This document shows, in pieces, positions 28,722 through 41,404 of a DNA stretch of 64,000 nucleotides (position 1 is the stretch's first letter; every line of letters starts with the position of its first letter). Both the position numbers and the translations under genes were made by a program. The DNA is from Takakia lepidozioides. Taxonomy: Eukaryota > Plantae > Bryophyta. The notes under the pieces were generated by a model, which was not told where the DNA came from, did no database searches, and saw only the letters and a list, made by a program, of their open reading frames with translations. Where the stretch lies: contig CM060732.1 of NCBI GenBank assembly GCA_030704615.1, positions 23,250,001 through 23,314,000 on the forward strand, read 5' to 3'.

Positions 28722-28810
28722 CACCTTTTTGTCTCCATTGTCCCACCATTGATTGGGGTCGGGAAAGTGTTCATTCCAAAGCTTCTCCTCATCTCCCTTT
28801 GAAATCGGTG
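28722..28810 (-). pseudogene. Fragment resembling the OSB (organellar ssDNA-binding) PDF-motif region
   Basis: EEKLWNEHFPDPNQWWDNGDKK followed by a GT donor resembles the LW..FF..P..WWDNR..K motif. Confidence 0.5.
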
Positions 28811-29566
28811 TGTGAAACCCCTCCGCGCACAAGGATGCCGGGTATCGTCATCCCTTCCTTGCGTTGCAAGGCCTGCTGCCAATGTGGATGCAAGCAGCAA
28901 CAGCCGTGCTGTGGAGGGCGACGGGGAGGACAGGCCTGCTTCCGAATAGTGGTGGTCTCCTTATCTCGACGATATCGCGAGTGTGTTGCTAGGCAGGAAT
29001 ATGAGGCCTTGTTCCTTATGCAGTTGCAAAATGAGAACGCTCCAGCTAAACAGGAATGCAGCACTGATTCAGAGGAGTCAGACGCTGATGAAAATGTGGG
29101 GATGGAGGATGAGGAAGGAGGTGACGATGAGGAGATGGGGGGTTAATGAAGAGGAGGATTTGCACTGGATTGGTGTTTCCATTGACATCGTTGAAGAGTC
29201 AGCTCCGGAGTCTGTTGTGCCGGCGGAAATAAGGGCATTGGAACCATGCACAATTTGCCTAGAGACACCAGTGCAGCTCAATGGGTCATGGCCTCTCTGC
29301 CGGCGTTGGATCTGAGACCATATAGATAGGCCAGACAGAGAAGCTCAGTGGCCATGATGACGCAGATCAGTGGCCTATGGAGGCAATGTATTTAACTTAC
29401 ACAAATAAAAAACATATATAGTTCTATTACGAGTTATGGACCAGCGGACTGATTGAGGATATTACCAGAAATGCAAGTTTGTTGCTGCAATTCTAGACTC
29501 AGAACCAACTATATAGCTGATAGTGGACACAATATTAATCTTAGACTTATTGAAATAAGCAAATTA

Positions 29567-29893
29567 TAAGTCGGTGCCGACCAATGTTGATCTGGTATGG
29601 GTATCAGACTTATCTCCGATTATGAACACAAAAAATCAGTTTGGATTTAACTTCATCAGAAGCAAAAACAAAATATTAAACTAAATAAATTAGAAGTCTT
29701 GCCAAGTTATCTTCGACTAGGAATATACAAATCAGTTTGGGTTAAAGTTTATCAAAGGGAGGGAAAGAAAGAAAGAAAGAAAGAAAGAGAAAAACCTATA
29801 AGTCGGCGCCGACTTATCTTCGACTATGAATAGAAAAAATCAGTGTGGATTTAAAGTCGGCACCGACTTTAACGATAGGAGAAAAACACACCC

Positions 29894-29925
<32 letters not shown>

Positions 29926-30965
29926 GGCACCGACTTATCTTCGATTATGAACATTAAAAATCTGCGAGTGTTTAAAGTCGGCACCGACTTTAACGATGGG
30001 AGAAAAAAAAGAAAAAAAAAACTGTAAGTCGGCGCCGACTTATCTTCGACTATGAACACAAAAAATCAGTGTGGGTTTAAAGTCGGCACCGACTTTAACG
30101 ATGGGAGGGAAAAAAAAAAAAAAAACTATAAATCGGCGCCGACTTATTCAAGTTTGAACACAAAAAATCTGTTTTTTCTTTTTGTTTTTAAATAAGTCGG
30201 CGCCTAGTAAATCAAGATTCTAGAGCAAATACTATATTTCATCCAAATAATGTTGTTTTTATCTTTGCTCATGAATATTTTTGCTCATGCTCATGGGTAT
30301 GAAGTTCCCATCGTTAAAAACGGTGCCGACTTTAAACCCAAGCTAGTTTTTTGTGTTCATAATCAAAGATAAGTCGGCGCCGACTAATAGTTTTTTATTT
30401 TTTTATTTTTTCTTTGCTCCTTTGGTTAAAAGTCGGTGCTGACTTTAGACCCAAGCTGATTTTTTCAGTTCATAATGGAGGATAAGTCGGCGCCAACTAA
30501 TAGTTTTTATTAATTTATTAATTCTTTTCTTGGCTCCTTTGGTTAAAGTCGCTGCCGACTTTAAACCTAAGCTGATTTTTGGGGTTCATAATCGAGGATA
30601 AGTCGGGCGCCAACTAATTGTTTGTTTGTTTGTTTGTTTTTGTTTTTTTTTTTTTTTTGTTTTTCGCTCCCTTGGTTAAAGTCGGTGCTGACCTTAAACC
30701 CAAACTGATTTTTTGTGTTCATAGTCGAAGATAAATTGGCGCCGACTAATAGTTTTTTTTTGGTTTTTTTTCCCTCCCATCATTAAAGTTGGTGCCGACT
30801 TTAAATCCAAACTGTTATTTTGTGTTCATAGTTGAAGAAAAGTCGGCACCGACTAATAGGTTTTTTAAATAATAATAATAATAATTAATTTTTCCCATTC
30901 TTTGATGAACTTAAATCCAAACTGATTTTTTGTGCTTATAGTCGAAGATAAGTCGACGCTGACCA
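29567..30965. repeat. Foldback-like ~1.4-kb inverted structure built from ~120-bp palindrome-rich units
   Basis: Units carry ATAAGTCGGCGCCGACTTAT and TTAAAGTCGGCACCGACTTTAA separated by A-tracts. They run in direct orientation from 29567 to ~30205 and in inverted orientation from ~30305 to 30965. 29608-29660 is nearly the reverse complement of 30901-30955. Confidence 0.9.
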
Positions 30966-31847
30966 ATAGATTCATTATTATTATTATTGTCTTAAAACTA
31001 TTTACCTCTCTGATGAATATGTATGAGTTCAAAGAACCAATATGTTTGTATGAAACAATTTCTTTTCTCTTGGGCACTTGTAGTTTGTAAATTTGTCCTC
31101 GTGACAGAATGCAGAAATGATTGTTAAATATGAAGGTGCTTTAGCCCGGTGTGGAAGCCTGTAGTTGCGCATCATCCCCACCACGAAGGAGGATGCTTCC
31201 GCGTGAGCGTGAGCATGAGAGCGCGTGAGCCTAGGCGGGCTCACGCCACGTCATCAGTTATTGCCACGTTGGCTGACGGGTTTGACGCCACGTCAGCCGA
31301 CCTCGCCAGCGTGCCCGACGCCACGTCACGTCATGCCACGTCATTTTCATAGGCATGGCCCTATAACCGCGGACCGAACAGGCAAATGGGGGCCTATAGC
31401 CACGGATTGCGCATTTGGCAGATAGGGAACCATGTGTGGGCGACGGGGGGGTGCTATTCCGTGAGCCTGGAGGCGTGAGCCTGTGAGCCCAGGAAAGCGT
31501 GAGCCCAGCACAGGCTCACGCCACGTCAGCATGCAAACAGTGCCTATTTCCGCGGATGTCACCTATTTCCGAGTGGGGTCACCTATTTCCGCGGGTTGAT
31601 GTGGGGAAATTGAGAATTGAGAACAAAGTGGTTTGTTTGTTTTTGCAATGTACTCAAGTCTGTGAGGTCCACAAAACAACAAATATATTGAAGGAACAAT
31701 CCGGGCAGTCCATGCAACCCCCATCTCCAACAATAGTTTGGAACCATGAATGTGAATTCCATGCACACATTGCAAAGAGGACAATAAGGACACACAACCA
31801 TCCCATTTCAAATTTGTCCCAGAATTAAACCAAAAGAATACTTCATA

Positions 31848-34800
31848 TCAAGTGTCGCAGTCATCACAATCAATGTCCACCTCCTGTGCTATGTCATCTA
31901 CAAAGATTCTGGCCCCAACACCACGTGTTCTACGAAGGCCATCGCAAGGTGGACTCTGAGTGCCATGAACGGACATGCTTGCTGCGAGTGCCTCCGCATA
32001 GACAGGTAGCACACAAGACCGAGGAGGACTGAAAACAAGTCCAAATAGGTGTGATAGCCCAGGAGGGCAAGTGGAAGCACGCGGACTCCTACACATGTCC
32101 ACAAAATTCCATTTTTAACACAATGATGCAATGCACAAGTCCAACGAAGAGGATGTCTCCCATTTGCACTTTGCCTCAAGAACAGCGATTCTCGATAATG
32201 AAACAACAATGCAAGCATGCACAGGTTCAACTTACTCACAGGCAAAGTCGGAGTCCAGCTCCTTGTCAGAAGTCTCCTCTGTACCAGTATCAGCGGGACG
32301 GGGCTTCGGAAGGACCTGAGAAGTGTGTCCACCCAAACCCATCAGGAGGTTCTTGTAAATCTCAGCATCCCCTTCAATCCCAAAGACATGTCGCGCACTG
32401 GCCTTGCAAGCGTGGTACGAAGCACCTGCAGTGGAATAGAATGAAGTAAGCAGACATTGAAGACACATTCGGAACGGTGGAAAGTGCTGAAAGTGCAAGC
32501 TCAATCAAACCTCATGAAATGTGAATGTTGAAGGGACGAACCTGTGCCCATTGACAAATCCAGAACTCTGGCGTCTGTGTAGGTGCAGCACTCCACAATC
32601 GTTTGAATGAAAGCCGGGCTCCTCTCCCTCGCCCCTCTCCAAGGAACCCCATTCCCCCTTCGCAAGCACACGTTGCTGTCGACGTAGTTGTGATGCATGT
32701 CATCCGTGGGAGGATCTGTCCTGTCATCTATGAACTTGCCCCCGTGAGTGATGGCAAACTCCGTAATGCCGGCCGGAGTCGTTGGTGGATGCACCCGGAC
32801 GAGACAAACAGCTTCAAACAGACGAGTCTGCGAACATGACATCCAGAAGGAACTAAGAACCAAAATAAAATCGGGCCCCCTACATATGAGTTTGAGCGAC
32901 CTACACAACACAATCCCAGAACAAAAAAGAAGAGGAAGAAGAAGGGAAACTCACCATCTCTCCCGGACGATCCCCCTTCGTAAGGTACATGCTGTTCACA
33001 CAATTCCATGTCTTCAGGACTCTCATGCCCGAGGCTTTCAAATAGCTGGCAAGGGCACGGCGACACCGAACATCGATGGACTGGATGAGAACCAAAACAC
33101 CTGCATCGGAAAGGAAGAAGTTGCAAAAGGAAAAAACCCACCGCCAGTAGCGCTCATCAAATGCATTCCAACCCGGACAAGCACCCGATGGTGGGATATC
33201 CGGGACTGCCAACCCATCAGGGATGTCCAAGATGATGAGTTCCGCTGCATATGGCTTCTCCTTCCCGTTCACCCACGATTGGTCATTTTAGCCTGCAAAC
33301 AAAATACAATGGAATTCTGACAAGTTTATAAACGATCCATGCCCACAGCAGACAAAGAGAGCAGAAGCCACAGAACCCAAAGAGAACACGCACCGTGCTG
33401 AGGAACTCGACAATCCTCTCCCACACTGGTGATGGCTCGCCCTTGTAATCAGATTTCTTCGACTCCATCATGGCAAGGAACCCGACGTTGGCAATCTCCA
33501 ACCTGGTTGGACGAATGACCCTCGTGGGATGTTCCACTGCATGGTACGGGTCCTTGGGATCAACCACACCCTTGTTTTTTCTCCCGGATCCCCTACCATG
33601 CGGTGGAGTCTGCTGGACATGCTCCACAGGGCCAATAGCTGCAACACTTCCCTGCCCTTGTGCCACCTTCCCTCTACCCCTTCCCGTCCCCACAACACCA
33701 GCAACATCTTTTCCCTTTGCCTTTCTTCCTCTACCCGGGGTATCCTGAGCGGGAGGCTCCTTCTCTGCAAGAGTCCTCAGATTACGCTCATGAATGTCGA
33801 GGTCCGCTGCTGCGGCAGTGGCTGCAATACGGTCATTCTCTCTCCTCAAAGACAACTCTACAGCTGGGGTCTCTGAAGGAGGGCAATCCAAATACCAACC
33901 ACAAGAAGAAAGATGGTCCGGACCCCAGTCATGCAAGATCCCAGCAGTGAACATGGTCTGGTTGCCAGCAGGGACAAGCCAAAGGTCCACGAAATCTGGA
34001 TGTTTGTCCAAGCAATTCTCTTCCAGGAGAACAAACTTAATGTACCTGCACGAACAGACACAGCCTCATTATCCAATGCACATATTGTGTCCCAGCTTTT
34101 TCAACACACCAGGAAGACCCCCTTAAACAGTATGCCACACAACACATTGCAACCACAACACAAGCAAAGAGTGCAAGGGTGTGCACCTGTAAAGGCATCG
34201 TTTCCAGGCTTCCTCTCCTTTTTCCTGCTGGTCAAGCTCATTTGTTCGACTGATGCCACCCTCCTTGCTGAACTCTCTAAAGAAACCAGAGTGCCACACT
34301 GTGGCTCTCCATTTCCTCATGTATGCTTCGAAGGAGACCTTCGGAGCTGTCATAGTGATGCCATAGTCAGCCAGCTGAGTATGCAGAACCGATCGGGCCC
34401 TTTCTTCCAACTGCAAAAAAATTGAAATGGAAGAATGAACCCAAAAACAGTCACAGCGAATGTAAGAGGCAATGGAAGAGAAGGACAGGAAAAGAGAAAA
34501 GAAAGTGAGATACGAGAGGACATCACACCTGGCTCCAGTAAGTGGCCTTGTGAAGCCAGTTGTCCAGCACATTGTCACTGACAGGAACGACACGCTGGGT
34601 CTTCTTCTCCTTCTCTGGCCTTGGGAACATGTGGGTATCCCTAACTGTGGGATCGGAGTTCCATATCTGCAGCCACTTCACCTTCTGTTCAGAAGACACG
34701 ACGGCGGTAGACAACCTGTGCAACTTCTCCTGGGCCATCTCCGGCTTGCCTGGCTTGTTATAATGGTTTTTTATCTCCAGCAGAAACTGCGGCCCGAATG

Positions 34801-35966
34801 ATGGGTCGGCCATTCTCAACTGCTTCACAAAAGCACTCATTATTGTCCTTCTTGTAGCGTTCATCTCCTTCTGGATGTGACTTTCAACTCCCTTTGCTGT
34901 CCTTCTCTCCTCAGGGGTAGAGCTGTAGTATTCCAGTTTGCCACGCTCCCCTGCATCTGCAATGTCTTGCTGCAAGGGAATGCAAGAGAGTTGCATCAAT
35001 CCAAGGTCAAGGGAGACAGAGAGAAACAAACATGTGGAAGCAGGAATATGGAAAGGCCAGATGAAGGAAGATGTATCTCACCGTGTACATGTACTCCATG
35101 AAAGCCTCACGGGTCAACGAGTACCATGTTTCCGAAGTCTTGGAGCTTTCGCATTTCTTATACATCTCTGCCGAAAGGATGGTCTTGAAGTTGGTCAAGG
35201 GCATCTGCCCGATCCTTTGTATCCTATACAGTGTGTGAACCAGACTCGTTTTGACATGCGATGTCTCCGTCCCTCTGCAGAATGATATCTGAATTTCAGA
35301 ATGTAATTCAAGGACTTCAATCAAGGAAGAACGGAACCAGAAGTGCAACGTGTACAATGAGAAACCAACCTGTTCACATCATTCATTGCCGTCAGAAGAC
35401 CCATCATGTTGTCGTCACAATCAAGCACCATCGATCGAACAGAGTAATGCCACTCTTCCTCCTGTGAGTGCAGCCTCCCAATGACAGCCATCCATGCAAG
35501 CAACCGGTGGTTGCCATCCCAAACGTGAAACATCTTCCCCGAGAATACCTGGGTGGAAGGTTTTCTGGAGAGAAGAAGTTCGAAGGATTCGTTCACCTGT
35601 CTCCAAATGGGGTCCCAGGAGTCGACGATTGACTCATCAACAAGGAGCTCGTTACCTCTTGAATCCCTAGTAGAAACGTAAAAGACCGCGGATCCATCCA
35701 AATACCCATGAACAAACCCGCCTCTCCAGCTTGAGAATGTCTTTGACAAGGGGTGGACGAACGACGGGCATGGAAACCAACCTACATAGGGAATCTTCAC
35801 ACCTCCCACCAGGAGCAAGCATACTTTGAACCACAAGCTGAGAGTTCACCTTTTTGACATCCCCCAGCATCTCACGGCTTTTTGCTTCATAAAACTCATC
35901 GTCAACATCTCATCTTTGGTCTCCTTCCCCTGACCCTGAGGGACCTCATCCGCCACACTTTGCCAT
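31848..35966 (-). CDS. ParB/Srx-like domain fused to a beta-class N4C/N6A DNA methyltransferase domain; 9 exons, ~1050 aa, with a few 1-bp frameshifts
   Basis: Exons about 35966-35370, 35274-35082, 34969-34529, 34410-34187, 34045-33394, 33292-32955, 32827-32542, 32425-32236 and 32088-31848, all GT-AG. ParB-like VRP..DILKL..F..GY...FHVWDGNHRLLAW. MTase motif IV-like LIILDIPDG, then FLSDAGVLVL, then ERSPAFIQTIVECCTYTDARVLDLSMGTGASYHACKASARHVFGIEGD (motifs X, I, II). Start codon uncertain because of indels in exon 1; a -1 shift occurs at the start of exon 6. Confidence 0.8.
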
Positions 35967-36214
35967 TTCCCCCTGCAAGTTGTTTCACTCAAATTCCCTT
36001 ATAAGAGAGGAATGAAACGTCAGACCGATGTGCATGCAAAAGTGGGATAAAAAAGGGAAAGGTTCTTTGAGCTGCCAGAAAGTGTTTCATTGATCCTCAC
36101 TGACATGCACTATGTTCCGATTTAACACAGGGAAAAGAACATTGAAAATGTTCTGCTCAAATATCTGCCCATAGAGGGCCGAAAGTTGCGCCCTTCCATA
36201 TTCATATGTTCTGC

Positions 36215-39200
36215 CTACACAGTGTGCGGTTCCGCAGACTGTTTGAGCTGACAGTGAAGGGTTCATTTTATACTCAAAAATGTGAATGAAGTCCATTGCA
36301 CCCAGAAACATTGCTCAGCTCAAACAGTGTGCGTTGCCGCACACTGTCTGGCTGGCAGTGAAGGGTTCATTTCACCCTCACACGGGTGCCCATGAAGTCC
36401 AAATTTTGCACCCAGAAACATTGAAATGCTCAGCTCAAACAGTGTGCGTTGCCGCACACTGTCTGAGCTGGCAGTGAAGGGTTCATTTCACACTCACACA
36501 GGTGCCCCTGAAGTCCAAATTTTGCACCCAGAAACATTGAAATGCTCAGCTCAAACAGTGTGCGTTGCCGCACACTGTCTGGGCTGGCAGTGAAGGGTTC
36601 ATTTCACACTCACACAGGTGCCCCTGAAGTCCAAATTTTGCACCCAGAAACATTGAAATGCTCAGCTCAAACAGTGTGCGTTGCCGCACACTGTCTGGCT
36701 GGCAGTGAAGGGTTCTTTTCACACTCACACAGGTGCCCCTGAAGTCCAAATTTCACCCAGAAACATGAAATGCTCAGCTCAAACAGTGTGCGTTGCCGCA
36801 CACTGTCTGAGCTGGCAGTGAAGGGTTCATTTCACACTCACACAGGTGCCCCTGAAGTCCAAATATTTGCACCCAGAAACATTGAAATGCTCAGCTCAAA
36901 CAGTGTGCGTTGCCGCACACTGTCTGAGCTGGCAGTGAAGGGTTCATTTCACACTCACACAGGTGCCCCTGAAGTCCAAATATTTCACCCAGAAACATTG
37001 AAATGCTCAGCTCAAACAGTGTGCGTTGCCGCACACTGTCTGAGCTGGCAGTGAAGGGTTCTTTTCACACTCACACAGGTGCCCCTGAAGTCCAAATATT
37101 CACCAGAAACATTGAAATGCTCAGCTCAAACAGTGTGCGTTGCCGCACACTGTCTGAGCTGGCAGTGAAGGGTTCTTTTCACACTCACACAGGTGCCCTG
37201 AAGTCCAAATTTTGCATCCAGAAACATTGAAATGCTCAGCTCAAACAGTGTGCGTTGCCGCACACTGTCTGAGCTGGCAGTGAAGGGTTCATTTCACACT
37301 CACACGGGTGCCCCTGAAGTCCAAATTTTGCACCCAGAAACATTGAAATGCTCAGCTCAAACAGTGTGCGTTGCCGCACACTGTCTGGGCTGGCAGTGAA
37401 GGGTTCTTTTCACACTCACACAGGTGCCCCTGAAGTCCAAATATTTCACCCAGAAACATTGAAATGCTCAGCTCAAACAGTGTGCGTTGCCGCACACTGT
37501 CTGAGCTGGCAGTGAAGGGTTCATTTCACACTCACACGGTGCCCCTGAAGTCCAAATTTTGCACCCAGAAACATTGAAATGCTCAGCTCAAACAGTGTGC
37601 GTTGCCGCACACTGTCTGGCTGGCAGTGAAGGGTTCTTTCACACTCACACAGGTGCCCCTGAAGTCCAAATATTTCACCCAGAAACATTGAAATGCTCAG
37701 CTCAAACAGTGTGCGTTGCCGCACACTGTCTGAGCTGGCAGTGAAGGGTTCATTTCACACTCACACGGGTGCCCGTGAAGTCCAAATTTGCACCCAGAAA
37801 CATTGAAATGCTCAGCTCAAACAGTGTGCGTTGCCGCACACTGTCTGAGCTGGCAGTGAAGGGTTCATTTCACACTCACACAGGGTGCCCGTGAAGTCCA
37901 AATTTTGCACCCAGAAACATTGAAATGCTCAGCTCAAACAGTGTGCGTTGCCGCACACTGTCTGGACTGGCAGTGAAGGGTTCTTTTCACACTCACACAG
38001 GTGCCCCTGAAGTCCAAATATTTCACCCAGAAACATTGAAATGCTCAGCTCAAACAGTGTGCGTTGCCGCACACTGTCTGAGCTGGCAGTGAAGGGTTCT
38101 TTTCACACTCACACAGGTGCCCCTGAAGTCCAAATATTTCACCCAGAAACATTGAAATGCTCAGCTCAACAGTGTGCGTTGCCGCACACTGTCTGAGCTG
38201 GCAGTGAAGGGTTCTTTTCACACTCACACAGGTGCCCCTGAAGTCCAAATTTTGCACCCAGAAACATTGAAATGCTCAGCTCAAACAGTGTGCGTTGCCG
38301 CACACTGTCTGAGCTGGCAGTGAAGGGTTCATTTCACACTCACACGGGTGCCCCTGAAGTCCAAATTTTGCACCCAGAAACATTGAAATGCTCAGCTCAA
38401 ACAGTGTGCGTTGCCGCACACTGTCTGAGCTGGCAGTGAAGGGTTCATTTTCACACTCACACAGGTGCCCCTGAAGTCCAAATTTGCACCCAGAAACATT
38501 GAAATGCTCAGCTCAAACAGTGTGCGTTGCCGCACACTGTCTGGACTGGCAGTGAAGGGTTCTTTTCACACTCACACAGGTGCCCCTGAAGTCCAAATAT
38601 TTCACCCAGAAACATTGAAATGCTCAGCTCAAACAGTGTGCGTTGCCGCACACTGTCTGGGCTGGCAGTGAAGGGTTCTTTCACACTCACACAGGTGCCC
38701 CTGAAGTCCAAATTTTCACCCAGAAACATTGAAATGCTCAGCTCAAACAGTGTGCGTTGCCGCACACTGTCTGAGCTGGCAGTGAAGGGTTCATTTCACA
38801 CTCACACGGGTGCCCGTGAAGTCCAAATTTTGCACCCAGAAACATTGAAATGCTCAGCTCAAACAGTGTGCGTTGCCGCACACTGTCTGAGCTGGCAGTG
38901 AAGGGTTCTTTTCACACTCACACAGGTGCCCCTGAAGTCCAAATTTTGCACCCAGAAACATTGAAATGCTCAGCTCAAACAGTGTGCGTTGCCGCACACT
39001 GTCTGAGCTGGCAGTGAAGGGTTCTTTTCACACTCACACAGGTGCCCCTGAAGTCCAAATATTTCACCCAGAAACATTGAAATGCTCAGCTCAAACAGTG
39101 TGCGTTGCCGCACACTGTCTGAGCTGGCAGTGAAGGGTTCTTTTCACACTCACACAGGTGCCCCTGAAGTCCAAATATTTCACCCAGAAACATTGAAATG

Positions 39201-41385
39201 CTCAGCTCAAACAGTGTGCGTTGCCGCACACTGTCTGAGCTGGCAGTGAAGGGTTCATTTCACACTCACACAGGTGCCCCTGAAGTCCAAATATTTCACC
39301 CAGAAACATTGAAATGCTCAGCTCAAACAGTGTGCGTTGCCGCACACTGTCTGAGCTGGCAGTGAAGGGTTCTTTTCACACTCACACAGGTGCCCCTGAA
39401 GTCCAAATATTTCACCCAGAAACATTGAAATGCTCAGCTCAAACAGTGTGCGTTGCCGCACACTGTCTGAGCTGGCAGTGAAGGGTTCTTTTCACACTCA
39501 CACAGGTGCCCCTGAAGTCCAAATTTTGCACCCAGAAACATTGAAATGCTCAGCTCAAACAGTGTGCGTTGCCGCACACTGTCTGAGCTGGCAGTGAAGG
39601 GTTCATTTCACACTCACACAGGGTGCCCCTGAAGTCCAAATTTTCACCCAGAAACATTGAAATGCTCAGCTCAAACAGTGTGCGTTGCCGCACACTGTCT
39701 GGGCTGGCAGTGAAGGGTTCTTTTCACACTCACACAGGTGCCCCTGAAGTCCAAATATTTCACCCAGAAACATTGAAATGCTCAGCTCAAACAGTGTGCG
39801 TTGCCGCACACTGTCTGAGCTGGCAGTGAAGGGTTCATTTCACACTCACACAGGTGCCCCTGAAGTCCAAATTTTGCACCCAGAAACATTGAAATGCTCA
39901 GCTCAAACAGTGTGCGTTGCCGCACACTGTCTGGGCTGGCAGTGAAGGGTTCTTTTCACACTCACACAGGTGCCCCTGAAGTCCAAATTTTGCACCCAGA
40001 AACATTGAAATGCTCAGCTCAAACAGTGTGCGTTGCCGCACACTGTCTGAGCTGGCAGTGAAGGGTTCATTTCACACTCACACGGGTGCCCGTGAAGTCC
40101 AAATTTTGCACCCAGAAACATTGAAATGCTCAGCTCAAACAGTGTGCGTTGCCGCACACTGTCTGAGCTGGCAGTGAAGGGTTCATTTCACACTCACACG
40201 GGTGCCCCTGAAGTCCAAATTTTGCACCCAGAAACATTGAAATGCTCAGCTCAAACAGTGTGCGTTGCCGCACACTGTCTGGAGCTGGCAGTGAAGGGTT
40301 CTTTTCACACTCACACAGGTGCCCCTGAAGTCCAAATATTTCACCCAGAAACATTGAAATGCTCAGCTCAAACAGTGTGCGTTGCCGCACACTGTCTGAG
40401 CTGGCAGTGAAGGGTTCTTTTCACACTCACACAGGTGCCCCTGAAGTCCAAATATTTCACCCAGAAACATTGAAATGCTCAGCTCAAACAGTGTGCGTTG
40501 CCGCACACTGTCTGAGCTGGCAGTGAAGGGTTCTTTTCACACTCACACAGGTGCCCCTGAAGTCCAAATATTTCACCCAGAAACATTGAAATGCTCAGCT
40601 CAAACAGTGTGCGTTGCCGCACACTGTCTGAGCTGGCAGTGAAGGGTTCTTTTCACACTCACACAGGTGCCCCTGAAGTCCAAATATTTCACCCAGAAAC
40701 ATTGAAATGCTCAGCTCAAACAGTGTGCGTTGCCGCACACTGTATGAGCTGGCAGTGAAGGGTTCTTTTCACACTCACACAGGTGCCCCTGAAGTCCAAA
40801 TTTTGCATCCAGAAACATTGAAATGCTCAGCTCAAACAGTGTGCGTTGCCGCACACTGTCTGAGCTGGCAGTGAAGGGTTCATTTCACACTAACATTACA
40901 GACATCAAGACCAAATTTTGAACCCTAAAACATTGAAAAGGTCTGCTCAAACATTGTGCGTTGCCGCACGCTGTTTGAGCTGGTTTTGAAGGTTTCATTT
41001 CAACCTCAGATAACAGACAGCAAAGACCAAATTTTGCACCCAGAAACACCGAAATGCCCAGCTCAAACAGTGTGCGTTGCCGCACACTGTCTGAGCTGGC
41101 AGTGAAGGGTTCATTTCACACTCACACAGGTGCCCCTGAAGTCCAAATTTTGCACCCATAAACATTGAAATGCTCAGCTCAAACAGTGTGCGTTGCCGCA
41201 CACTGTCTGGGCTGGCAGTGAAGGGTTCTTTTCACACTCACACAGGTGCCCCTGAAGTCCAAATTTTGCACCCAGAAACATTGAAATGCTCAGCTCAAAC
41301 AGTGTGCGTTGCCGCACACTGTCTGGGCTGGCAGTGAAGGGTTCGTTTCACCCTCACATAACAGACATCAAGACCAAATTTTGCA
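36215..41385. repeat. Tandem array of ~44 x 116-bp units, each with a 40-bp near-perfect palindrome
   Basis: Period 116 bp (GAAGTCCAAA at 36510 and 36626). The unit contains CAGCTCAAACAGTGTGCG-TTGC-CGCACACTGTCTGAGCTG (18-bp arms, 1 mismatch). Divergent units occur at both ends and at ~40890-41055. Confidence 0.97.
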
Positions 41386-41404
41386 AGACCAATGGTTCTT
41401 TCTT

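Noticed and set aside
31190-31200. TSD for the outer (copy-2) element
   Set aside because: The flanks GGATGCTTCC and GAATTCTGGT do not match.
31848-35966. Bacterial contamination as the source of the ParB-MTase gene
   Set aside because: It has eight spliceosomal introns whose positions, where retained, match the second copy, and it lies within a eukaryotic transposon.
36286-41201. Many short ORFs in the array
   Set aside because: They are by-products of a 116-bp period (not a multiple of 3) and sporadic indels.
36215-41385. CRISPR array
   Set aside because: Units are near-identical along their whole length, with no unique spacers and no cas genes, in a eukaryotic context.
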